From Candidatus Heimdallarchaeota archaeon (lineage in GTDB: Archaea; Asgardarchaeota; Heimdallarchaeia; Heimdallarchaeales; Heimdallarchaeaceae): a stretch of 30,744 nucleotides of DNA. Below the pieces are notes generated by a model that was given only the letters and a program-made list of their open reading frames with translations, had not been told where the DNA came from and did not search any database. Where the stretch lies: the NCBI GenBank assembly GCA_030668875.1, contig DAOVER010000034.1, positions 1-30,744 on the forward strand, given 5' to 3'. Both the position numbers and the translations under genes were made by a program. Below, one piece after another: positions 7,510 to 15,383 of the stretch (the stretch's first letter is position 1; every line of letters starts with the position of its first letter).

Positions 7510-9236
7510 CTTCCACCTCCTGCACAAGCACAGGCACAAGCACAGGCACAAGCACATCCTCCTCCCCCACCTCCACCACCAGATCGACCACTACTTCTAG
7601 TAGCTGGTGGGCGTGTAACTTTTTGTAAAGCCTTTGTGAAGGTTTGTGGTTTATTAATAACTCCAGATAAGAGACTGTTTATCGGAGCTACATGCGAAGA
7701 TCCGGCATGTTGAGTAATTCTGAAGAAAGATCTTGAAGGAGTTTCAGAATATGAGCGACCAGTGTAGAAGTAATAATTTCGGACATACCAATGTGGGTAA
7801 TAATAACTACCACCACGTCTATCTAGTCTTTCCTCATATCCCTCATCGACCATAATCCAGAGAAATGCATCTTTTAATTCTGGAGCTGTTTTCTTCATCT
7901 CTTCCCACGATCTATCAATAATCTCCTCGTAATGCTTCTTTGTTCTTCTAACAGAGTATCCTTTCATTTTCTTTGATACACCTTTTATACGAGTGATAAG
8001 AGCTTTCTTTAGATCTGTTTGATGAACAGGTTCATGGGGGATGGTTCCAGAACTAGCACCTTTCTTCCATTTCTCATCTTCTTTATTTCTTTTCTTAATT
8101 CCAGCGATAAGCTGTTGTTGGTATTTTGGTAATTGCCTTTCAACTAGAGATTCTACAGTTACAGTAAATCTTAATGCAGGTTTAGTCTCTTTTATTTCTA
8201 AATATCCAAGTTTCATCATTTCAAAAAGCATCAATGTTGCTACTTGCGTTAGAGGTCTTTGTAAGAGAATCGCTACTTGCGAAGGAGTGAGATCTTTTTT
8301 CACACTACCACCAAGAGTTGTTACTATAGGGGGTAGATATTCCTTGCTCTTCCTTCTTTTTCGAAGTAAATAAAAAATAACAATCACAGCGACCACTGCA
8401 AAGAAGATTATAACATCTAAATTATTGTAAACTGTCAAACTCCAAAAAACACTGTGTACTTTTACATATTCTTCTGGGAGAGCAACAGCAGACATATATC
8501 CGTCATATGGAGAGCCTATGTCATTGAATTCAATATAGAGCCCAGGAGCATTAATACTAGCATCACTTAATTCAGCATCCACATAACTAGAAGTAGTTTC
8601 TCTTACGACTGCTTCATTTATATCAGTCAGCGTATCAGGAAAATGATATCTTACACGTTTTGCGGTATTTCCAGAAGTATAAACACCGGAAACCCCACCA
8701 AACCAAGTTTGCAAAAATACACACGAAGCAAAACCATCCTCACTATCAGGATATACCATCGCAGGATTATGACAGTATACTTCAAAAACTGCAGATTCAC
8801 CGGGATAAATATATCCAACATCTGTAAGCCAGATTTCAGCTGCAATCTCAACATATTCACTTTTCTTAATCCTTGAACTATCTATTTCTGTTCCATTTAA
8901 TTTTGCTGTAATAGAAGATAGTTGGTAATGATTATTTGGAAATCCAACATCAATAACATCTATTGGTTGATAACCACTTAGACAGTTAAATTCCATTTCA
9001 TAGTAGATATCTATGGAACCATCTTCAAGGATGTATATGTCTGTATATATATATGACATTTCAAATCCATAAGCACCCAAGGTAATTGTTCCATCATCAT
9101 CAAGGTCTTTTGCTAAACCAGCTCCAGATACAATAAAAATTGATATGAATATAGAACAGCTCACAATCATTAGTAATTTTGATCTCAATTTTTTAACTCC
9201 CCTATTTTTTCTCAAAGTATATCTATAATATGTCAA
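7506..9236 (-). CDS. DUF2207-like single-pass membrane protein with C-terminal G7-(CA)6-GGGR Cys-rich tail
   Basis: Signal peptide, about 230-aa exported domain, one TM helix (VIIFFAVVAVIVIFYLL) followed by RKRRKSK, then DUF2207-like LTPSQVAILL...LMLFEMMKLGYLEIKE and a Tyr/Ser/Gly-rich end. TTG 9188 with an upstream GGAG is a plausible alternative start. Confidence 0.85.
   Translation of the reverse strand: MTYYRYTLRKNRGVKKLRSKLLMIVSCSIFISIFIVSGAGLAKDLDDDGTITLGAYGFEMSYIYTDIYILEDGSIDIYYEMEFNCLSGYQPIDVIDVGFPNNHYQLSSITAKLNGTEIDSSRIKKSEYVEIAAEIWLTDVGYIYPGESAVFEVYCHNPAMVYPDSEDGFASCVFLQTWFGGVSGVYTSGNTAKRVRYHFPDTLTDINEAVVRETTSSYVDAELSDASINAPGLYIEFNDIGSPYDGYMSAVALPEEYVKVHSVFWSLTVYNNLDVIIFFAVVAVIVIFYLLRKRRKSKEYLPPIVTTLGGSVKKDLTPSQVAILLQRPLTQVATLMLFEMMKLGYLEIKETKPALRFTVTVESLVERQLPKYQQQLIAGIKKRNKEDEKWKKGASSGTIPHEPVHQTDLKKALITRIKGVSKKMKGYSVRRTKKHYEEIIDRSWEEMKKTAPELKDAFLWIMVDEGYEERLDRRGGSYYYPHWYVRNYYFYTGRSYSETPSRSFFRITQHAGSSHVAPINSLLSGVINKPQTFTKALQKVTRPPATRSSGRSGGGGGGGGCACACACACACAGGGR
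7521..7556 (-). repeat. Coding tandem repeat, 3 x 12 bp (TGTGCTTGTGCC/A) encoding (Cys-Ala)6
   Basis: Read directly: six TGT Cys codons alternate with GCT/GCC/GCT/GCC/GCT/GCA. Confidence 0.95.
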
Positions 9237-9268
9237 ATCATTGTTGAAGGTAATAATTAAAGTTATTG

Positions 9269-9283
9269 CATAAATATTTTCGA
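9269..9283 (-). promoter_or_regulatory. Possible BRE/TATA promoter of the membrane protein-rSAM-methyltransferase cluster
   Basis: Minus strand reads CGAAAATATTTATGC about 35 nt upstream of ATG 9236. Confidence 0.3.
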
Positions 9284-9432
9284 CTGTTAGGATTTATTAC
9301 ACTCAAATAATTACACCAATTATTAAGGGGTTGGAAACTTTACTCAATTGCACGAGAAGAACGCATTGTTCGAACTGGAGATAAATGTGAATATGTCTGG
9401 AGTGTAGCTCAAAAACCAGAACAAAATGAGCA

Positions 9433-10350
9433 TTATTTATTCTTTATAGTCCTTTCACCTTTTACTAGTTTCTTTTTACCTTTCTTCGTTGCAGGTGATT
9501 TCTTGATTCTATAAATGATTCTTTGGATATCTTTCTGTACTTCAATTTCTATCTTAATTCCGCTACTTTTAGTTCTCTCCTTCCATTGATAACTGATTAA
9601 ATCAATGTACTCCTTTTCAGTCATTTTCTTAACAGTTGTTAATGATTCTAATGCTTCAAGTTCTCTAAATCCATCAAAAATAACCTCATAAGAGCCACTT
9701 TTTTTCATAATGACACCTTTCCACCCTTCCACATTTGCCCCCATAACAGCTATATAGGAGATATATTTGAAGGGTCCCTCAAGAAAACCAAATAAATTAT
9801 CAACTTCTTCAAGAAACTCTGTTTTGTCATTAAACAAGGTTTTGGCTTTTTGCTTCCCACTATCCTCTTTTACTTTCATATACATTTTATTTATGAGATC
9901 AACTTTTCTTATAGCTAACATAAATCCCCTCCATTTTTCATCCAGCCTTGGAATCTCCGTTCTTTCTCTTCGAGTTTCCTCATATATTGGCACAGTCATG
10001 GAATTAATGCTGAATATCACTAGTTTTTGAAATTCATTTTTTGGATGTTTGAGAGTCCAAGTAATGTCCATAGTTTCAATTGGAGAGATTCGTGTCGAAC
10101 TATGAATACGAATCCTACCGTCTTCGAGTTTTTTGATGAAACGTGGATATACCCTGAACTTTGCCATTGTATTTTGGAAATTTGCTATAATCATACTAAG
10201 GAAAGCTTGAATCACACCTTCCAAACCATCTCCCTCAAGCAAAGTTTCAATTTCCCATTGCCTTTTTTCATTTACCACAGATTCAAGTGATAACAAAAAT
10301 TGGTTGATTAACTCAAGTTCATTTTCTGAAATATTAACTGTTTGAACCAT
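9433..10350 (-). CDS. Hypothetical soluble protein with basic C-terminal tail
   Basis: 305-aa ORF, no recognisable motif; ends KKSPATKKGKKKLVKGERTIKNK. Confidence 0.8.
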   Translation of the reverse strand: MVQTVNISENELELINQFLLSLESVVNEKRQWEIETLLEGDGLEGVIQAFLSMIIANFQNTMAKFRVYPRFIKKLEDGRIRIHSSTRISPIETMDITWTLKHPKNEFQKLVIFSINSMTVPIYEETRRERTEIPRLDEKWRGFMLAIRKVDLINKMYMKVKEDSGKQKAKTLFNDKTEFLEEVDNLFGFLEGPFKYISYIAVMGANVEGWKGVIMKKSGSYEVIFDGFRELEALESLTTVKKMTEKEYIDLISYQWKERTKSSGIKIEIEVQKDIQRIIYRIKKSPATKKGKKKLVKGERTIKNK

Positions 10351-10458
10351 AATAACCAGCAGAGTATATTATTATATCAAATTCTCATGGAGCCTATATG
10401 TGTTTTTGCATTTAAAAAAATGAAGCAAAAGCGAAAAAAGGAAGAGTATTAAGTTACA

Positions 10459-11184
10459 TTAGAAGAATAAGTGTTCTTCATCTTTAGCCTTTTTCTTTTT
10501 CTTTCTTACTCTTCGCTTTTTCTTATTAGTTTTCTCCAATTCCTCTCTTGTAATTGATAATATTGGTTCCTTGATGCCTAAGTCCTCATCAAGTATTTCT
10601 GCTATCTTTTTCATTGTCTGATAAAATAGTTGTTTCATTTTACTTTTTGTTTCTCTCTTATATACACGTTTTAGTGTTTCCAAAGACTCTGAGTCAGCGT
10701 AATTAATTATAATGTTCAGTGACATTTGAATAGGGAAAACAGCTTTATCATTTTGAATTATTTCAAGAAGTAATTCTCTTATTTTATCTTTTTTTAATTT
10801 TCCTCGTTCATGTAATTTACGAATTGCCATTGAACGAATAACATCATTTTCATCCTCTTTGGATATTCTGATTAGAAAATCTTCGATTTTTGGAGAAGAC
10901 ATATCACCGATCACTTCAGCTAACACAAGTTTAATGCTATTTTCTCTTTCGTACGCATAAAACTCCATTAGCTTTTGTGCAATTTCTTTCTTCTTAGTAT
11001 CCTTTAGAATAAAAATAGCTTTAATTCTAATCCTCTCATATTTTTCCTTCTCAAAAACTTTGATAAGGAATTCCAGGATATTTTCATCAATTTCTTGTTC
11101 CGATATCGAAACAAGCTCTTCCAACTTCATCTTATCAGTAAGGTTATTGAATTTTTTCAGTTTCTTCTCCAATTTTGGATTCAT
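10459..11184 (-). CDS. HEAT/armadillo-type helical repeat protein
   Basis: Recurrent E...IR..AI..L pattern (ERIRIKAIFIL, ENSIKLVLAEVI, DVIRSMAIRKL); Lys/Arg-rich C-terminal tail. Confidence 0.8.
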   Translation of the reverse strand: MNPKLEKKLKKFNNLTDKMKLEELVSISEQEIDENILEFLIKVFEKEKYERIRIKAIFILKDTKKKEIAQKLMEFYAYERENSIKLVLAEVIGDMSSPKIEDFLIRISKEDENDVIRSMAIRKLHERGKLKKDKIRELLLEIIQNDKAVFPIQMSLNIIINYADSESLETLKRVYKRETKSKMKQLFYQTMKKIAEILDEDLGIKEPILSITREELEKTNKKKRRVRKKKKKAKDEEHLFF

Positions 11185-11269
11185 TGTATTTAGTAAGTGC
11201 TTTGCTTCTTTTAAGGTTGCTCAATTTTTGAGGTTTTTATAAGATTATGAAGAGAGATAATGAAGACAT

Positions 11270-11824
11270 TTGACTACGATGCTAGACGAAAATAAACAGA
11301 GTCATGAGGGTTATGCTATTGTTTATTTTGCTGAAAGTGGTTTTGAATTATTTGCATCTGATCTTGCTGATCTTAAATTAGAGATTACTCTGACAAACTA
11401 TCCTACATTAATGGGGATGATGCAAAATCAGAGCATAGAAGGTTTAGCTTCCTCAAAAATTAATAACAACGCGTTTCTTTTTGCTTATGCTTTGAACTTG
11501 AAAAACTTAAATGCAAAAGATTCCCGCTTGCAACATAAAACAGTAACAATTGTCAATTTTGTAGTCTCACGAGAGCTATACAAAGAACTTATCGTAAACT
11601 TCGATGATTTTGAACAATTCTTGGAAACCTATTTTCAACCCATCAAATTTCTTTTTGATCTTTATGCAGTCGACTTTACTAAAGTAATACCTATCTTTCA
11701 AGAGAGACAACGTATAATAGAAAAAACCAAAGAAAGAAACAAAAGAGATGGAGAAAATTCCTTAGCTATGGAATTTAACAGTTGGCTGAAATCAGCTGAT
11801 TTTTCCCAAGAAAAAAATAAGTGA
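11270..11824 (+). CDS. Hypothetical protein, possible longin/uDENN-like fold
   Basis: 184 aa with YAIVYF...G.EL at the N-terminus and FAYALNLKNLNAKDSRL..TVTIVNFVV. The fold call is inference. ATG 11279 is an alternative start. Confidence 0.6.
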   Translation: MTTMLDENKQSHEGYAIVYFAESGFELFASDLADLKLEITLTNYPTLMGMMQNQSIEGLASSKINNNAFLFAYALNLKNLNAKDSRLQHKTVTIVNFVVSRELYKELIVNFDDFEQFLETYFQPIKFLFDLYAVDFTKVIPIFQERQRIIEKTKERNKRDGENSLAMEFNSWLKSADFSQEKNK

Positions 11825-11881
11825 CATGCATATAGTATTTTTTTTATATCACCTCTTCCCTTGTCCCTTAAGTGAGATTTA

Positions 11882-12796
11882 ATGCATGAAATTCGGTTCC
11901 ATGGTAGAGGAGGTACTGGGGCTGTTATGGCTTCAAGAGCACTTGCTAAAGCAGCTTTTTATGCAGGTAAGAATGCTGTGTCCTTTCCATCTTTTAGTGC
12001 TGAGAGACGAGGAGCATTGGTTCTAGCATTTGCTCGAATCAACACTAAGAAAATCTACAGAAAGTCACAAATTTACGAACCGGACACAATTGTTGTTTTA
12101 GATAATTCTCTAATTGAGTTAAAGGATGTCGCAAAAGGTCTAAAGCCAGACGGGATCGGAATTATCAACACAACAAAGAAACCTGAGGAGATAACATTTT
12201 CCAAAGAGATTGACCTTGGAGTGGTTGATGCTACAAGTATTGCTAAAGAGACTCTAGGACATCCTTTTGCAAATAGTGCCATATTAGGTTCTTTAATTAG
12301 GAGCACAGAATTAGTTGGGATGGAAGAATTAGAAAAAGGGATTCTTTCTGTATTTGGCGCAAAATTGGGAGAGAAACAAGCAAAGAGAAATGTTGAAGCA
12401 GCTCGTATAGGGTATGAAGAAACACAATTTGGTAAATCACAAGGAGGAAGAAACTACTCTAAATTGCAACCATGGTTACCATCTGTGGAAGAGCTACCTA
12501 TAGGAGCTATCCTACCAAAAACCACAGTTTCAACTGGTCAATCAATCGGACCAGGATCTGCAACCACAAGAATTACAGGTACGTGGAGTTATATTAAAGC
12601 AGATATCAATCAAGAACTCTGTATAAAATGTCTTAAATGTGTATTCCATTGTCCAGAAGGGACAATTCATAAAAAAGATGATGTTGTTATTGTAAATAAA
12701 TCATATTGTAAAGCATGTGGTATTTGTGAATCAATATGTCCAGTTAATGCGATTACAATGATAAAAATAAAAGAATTTTCAGAAATTAAACCCTAA
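11882..12796 (+). CDS. 2-oxoacid:ferredoxin oxidoreductase, fused gamma-delta subunit (PorC/PorD-like)
   Basis: Gamma: EIRFHGRGG.G, AERRGA, EPD.IVVLD, NSAILG. Delta: TGTW plus CIKCLKCVFHCP and CKACGICESICP. Confidence 0.92.
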   Translation: MHEIRFHGRGGTGAVMASRALAKAAFYAGKNAVSFPSFSAERRGALVLAFARINTKKIYRKSQIYEPDTIVVLDNSLIELKDVAKGLKPDGIGIINTTKKPEEITFSKEIDLGVVDATSIAKETLGHPFANSAILGSLIRSTELVGMEELEKGILSVFGAKLGEKQAKRNVEAARIGYEETQFGKSQGGRNYSKLQPWLPSVEELPIGAILPKTTVSTGQSIGPGSATTRITGTWSYIKADINQELCIKCLKCVFHCPEGTIHKKDDVVIVNKSYCKACGICESICPVNAITMIKIKEFSEIKP

Positions 12797-12800
12797 TCTC

Positions 12801-13682
12801 TTATCTGTATTTGTCTAAATCATCCTTGTTGTTTCGGTATTTTCCTGAGATTGATTCAGAATCAAAAGAAAAATTATTCTTTGAATTACCTTTCTTTGAA
12901 TCATTTTCAAAATCTTCAAAATCTTCTTCATTCTCAAAATCGTCGAAATCGTCGAAATCATTATCTTCTGTTTCTTGGAAGAACTCTATTTGTGTTTCAA
13001 GAAACGAAGTATCAAATTCAGCAATTTTCTTTGAGTGAAAATCTTGATTTATATGGGTTTCTACTTCTTTTAGAGCCATTAATGCGGCATCATAATCGAT
13101 GTCAAAAGTATTGCAATAGGACAGAACAGCTAATACTGGAACACTGTAAGCTGTACCTTCTGTGAGGAGGAAACTTATTGGTCCTCTGATAGATAAATCA
13201 TCTCTGAAGGTTCTTTTTGTCCCATAAACTTCCGTATATTTATTGGTCGGAACCAATGCTATCCAAGAATCATCCGTAGTGTCTCTAACATCTTCCCTCA
13301 ATCCACCAATTATGATGTATCGCTTAGCATTCCAAGACAAAATCTCCTGTACTAACCACTTCCAGAATGCGTCTGGTAAAGCATCATAACCAACTACAGG
13401 AATTGGTAGGCGTGAAGCTACTAATACAACTTTTTCTTTATTATCACTTGAATCCAGATTCATGGAATAAACAGTGATTGGAGCTTCTATGTTGTTATTA
13501 TGAAACCAACTTATCGTTCCCCAAAAACCAACGGAATTAACATTGGTTTCTTCGACAAGATGATTTAAAACAGATGTTCCCACTGAACCGTAGCCTGTAA
13601 AACCTAGAATCACGGTTGTATCAGAATCTATAATTGAAGTATCAAAGGACATCTGATTAAGGAAAAGTGCATTGTTTTTCAT
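12801..13682 (-). CDS. PAC2 family proteasome assembly chaperone with acidic tail
   Basis: VILGFTGYGSVG...NHLVE; YIIIGG and ISFLLTEG...VPVLAVLSYC are typical PAC2/ATP-grasp-like segments. D/E/F-rich C-terminal extension. Confidence 0.85.
   Translation of the reverse strand: MKNNALFLNQMSFDTSIIDSDTTVILGFTGYGSVGTSVLNHLVEETNVNSVGFWGTISWFHNNNIEAPITVYSMNLDSSDNKEKVVLVASRLPIPVVGYDALPDAFWKWLVQEILSWNAKRYIIIGGLREDVRDTTDDSWIALVPTNKYTEVYGTKRTFRDDLSIRGPISFLLTEGTAYSVPVLAVLSYCNTFDIDYDAALMALKEVETHINQDFHSKKIAEFDTSFLETQIEFFQETEDNDFDDFDDFENEEDFEDFENDSKKGNSKNNFSFDSESISGKYRNNKDDLDKYR
12937..12959 (+). repeat. Short coding repeat (AAATCGTCG x2.5) encoding DFDDFDDF in the PAC2 tail
   Basis: Read directly from the sequence. 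Confidence 0.7.
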
Positions 13683-13778
13683 TGGTTGATGAAGATATTT
13701 ACATGTGGTTAAAAAATTGATGGTTAGAGCGTTTTTTCACACTCAAGTTTTAAGTGAAAAAATTATCTTATCGTAAGT

Positions 13779-15383
13779 TCATGTCTCTTCAGATTCAATG
13801 GTTTTCTCTTTTCTCCTCACTTTCGATGTATCAATAAAATCCTCTTCAGCAGGCCATAAGAGAGAAGCAATTGTCGTAAGAATAAGCAACAGAACTATTG
13901 GGATCAACAATCCTATGAGGTTGTAAGCAAAGTTATCTGTTCGATTAGAAATTGCAAATACAACTGTTAATGCAATTCCACCTAGAATTATACCGATGAT
14001 TTCACTAACTGAAATGATAGTTTGTTGTATACTCATAGTGGATCCATGTCTTTCCTCTTTATGTCCGATGGAACTACTATCACCTAGACGACCACTGATT
14101 GCGGGAAAGTATGCAGACCCTAGAAAGAGTGAGATCACTAACAGTGCGGCTATCCACCAATTACTCGTAAAACCCCCTGGATTAAATTCAGAAGTTGGAT
14201 CATACCAAGGCCCTACTGTCATAAAGTTACCAAAGAAAGCAATTCCAATAACCACTGCCATCATTAATAGTCCAGCAACACCTATAGTTAGTGCTTTTCT
14301 TCGCCCAATTTTATCAGCTAACCAGCCCCATAAAGCCATGGGTAATCCCATAGATAGGGTAAATAATACCGTAGTTAGACTCGCATCAGCGGGATTTGAT
14401 TCGATTGATAATATAAGAAAACCCCAGTTGTTTAGGATGCCAATTATGGCTGCTGTTCCGAGAAGAGGTAAAACTATTCCTCGTCTATTCTTATCTGTCA
14501 TTAATTTCCATGACATTAACATTTCTTGTTTAACACTATAATCTTCATGTTCAAGAACAGGTTTAGTTTTGTCTACCATGAAATAAACAGCGACTATAGA
14601 TATGACTATTGCGAAAGAAAATAGGAGGTAGAGATATACAAGTCGTTGAGGATAGATTGGGGACCAATATGATATAACATTTCTTACAGCTGTAAGTTCA
14701 CTAACATCAGCAATAATATTACGTTCTGCAATTCGAATAAGTTCATTAATACCAATTAAAGCATTATACAAAACACCAGCAAGTATCACCCCAACGGATC
14801 TACCTCCCGACACAGCAACATTGTAAAGACCCATTTTTGTTGCTCTAGTTTCATAAACAGAAAATCTTGAGATATAACCATAGGAGGCATTCACCTTTAT
14901 CGATCCTGCCAATCCATGAAGGAAATGGAATAGACTCATTCCAAAAATCATCAAACCATTAGCTAACGGAATAATGCCAATCCACCCCTGCCAGTTAAGA
15001 GCACAAATTCCGTACCCAACTAATATCAAACCACCTGCTGCAGTTCCAAGAAGAATCCAGCGTTTAGCATCAGATACATCAGACCTAAAGCCGAAATAGC
15101 CCGAACTAATTATAACAGCTAATGCATAAGTCACCTCAACAAAAATTATTGAAAGATTTGCTTCCCACCCTTCCATCTTTAAGTGAAGAAAGATATAAAT
15201 TGGCATTAGTACGGTTGTACTACCAAATGCGACTCTGAGGAAAAAAGTTGAGATTAGAATTCCAATAAAAGAAAGAGTGGGTTTTTTTTGAGTGTATAAA
15301 TCATCAGCATTAGTACCATTGGTAATATTAGTACTGTCAAAAGTGTCATCAGAGTTATTTGATGGTTTCGTACTCATTTTCAT
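13779..15383 (-). CDS. Major facilitator superfamily transporter
   Basis: About 12 hydrophobic segments; motif A copies GFRSDVSDAKR and GWLADKIGRRK. Confidence 0.92.
   Translation of the reverse strand: MKMSTKPSNNSDDTFDSTNITNGTNADDLYTQKKPTLSFIGILISTFFLRVAFGSTTVLMPIYIFLHLKMEGWEANLSIIFVEVTYALAVIISSGYFGFRSDVSDAKRWILLGTAAGGLILVGYGICALNWQGWIGIIPLANGLMIFGMSLFHFLHGLAGSIKVNASYGYISRFSVYETRATKMGLYNVAVSGGRSVGVILAGVLYNALIGINELIRIAERNIIADVSELTAVRNVISYWSPIYPQRLVYLYLLFSFAIVISIVAVYFMVDKTKPVLEHEDYSVKQEMLMSWKLMTDKNRRGIVLPLLGTAAIIGILNNWGFLILSIESNPADASLTTVLFTLSMGLPMALWGWLADKIGRRKALTIGVAGLLMMAVVIGIAFFGNFMTVGPWYDPTSEFNPGGFTSNWWIAALLVISLFLGSAYFPAISGRLGDSSSIGHKEERHGSTMSIQQTIISVSEIIGIILGGIALTVVFAISNRTDNFAYNLIGLLIPIVLLLILTTIASLLWPAEEDFIDTSKVRRKEKTIESEET

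Noticed and set aside
7521-7556. Repeat as CRISPR, microsatellite or assembly artefact
   Set aside because: No spacers or cas genes; it is in frame, has varied wobble positions and sits in a coherent protein terminus.
7510-7557. ORF-track N-terminus MCLCLCLCLCLC of the radical SAM protein as the default start
   Set aside because: It is the alternate-frame reading of the (CA)6 repeat. The ATG overlapping the upstream stop with a well-placed SD is more parsimonious; kept only as a speculative finding.
7450-7713. Plus-strand ORF with (AQ)n and poly-Pro
   Set aside because: Antisense reading of the Gly/Cys-Ala tail; no independent evidence.
9311-9511. Plus-strand open frame ...GWKLYSIAREERIVRTGDKCEYVWSV..., vaguely like a V4R-domain C-terminus
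   Set aside because: No ATG/GTG/TTG start before the motif, very short, and it runs antisense into the 9433 gene. A pseudogene remnant cannot be supported without a tBLASTn hit.
12811-13165. Ser/Lys-rich and Asn/Arg-rich plus-strand ORFs
   Set aside because: Antisense shadows of the acidic PAC2 tail repeat.
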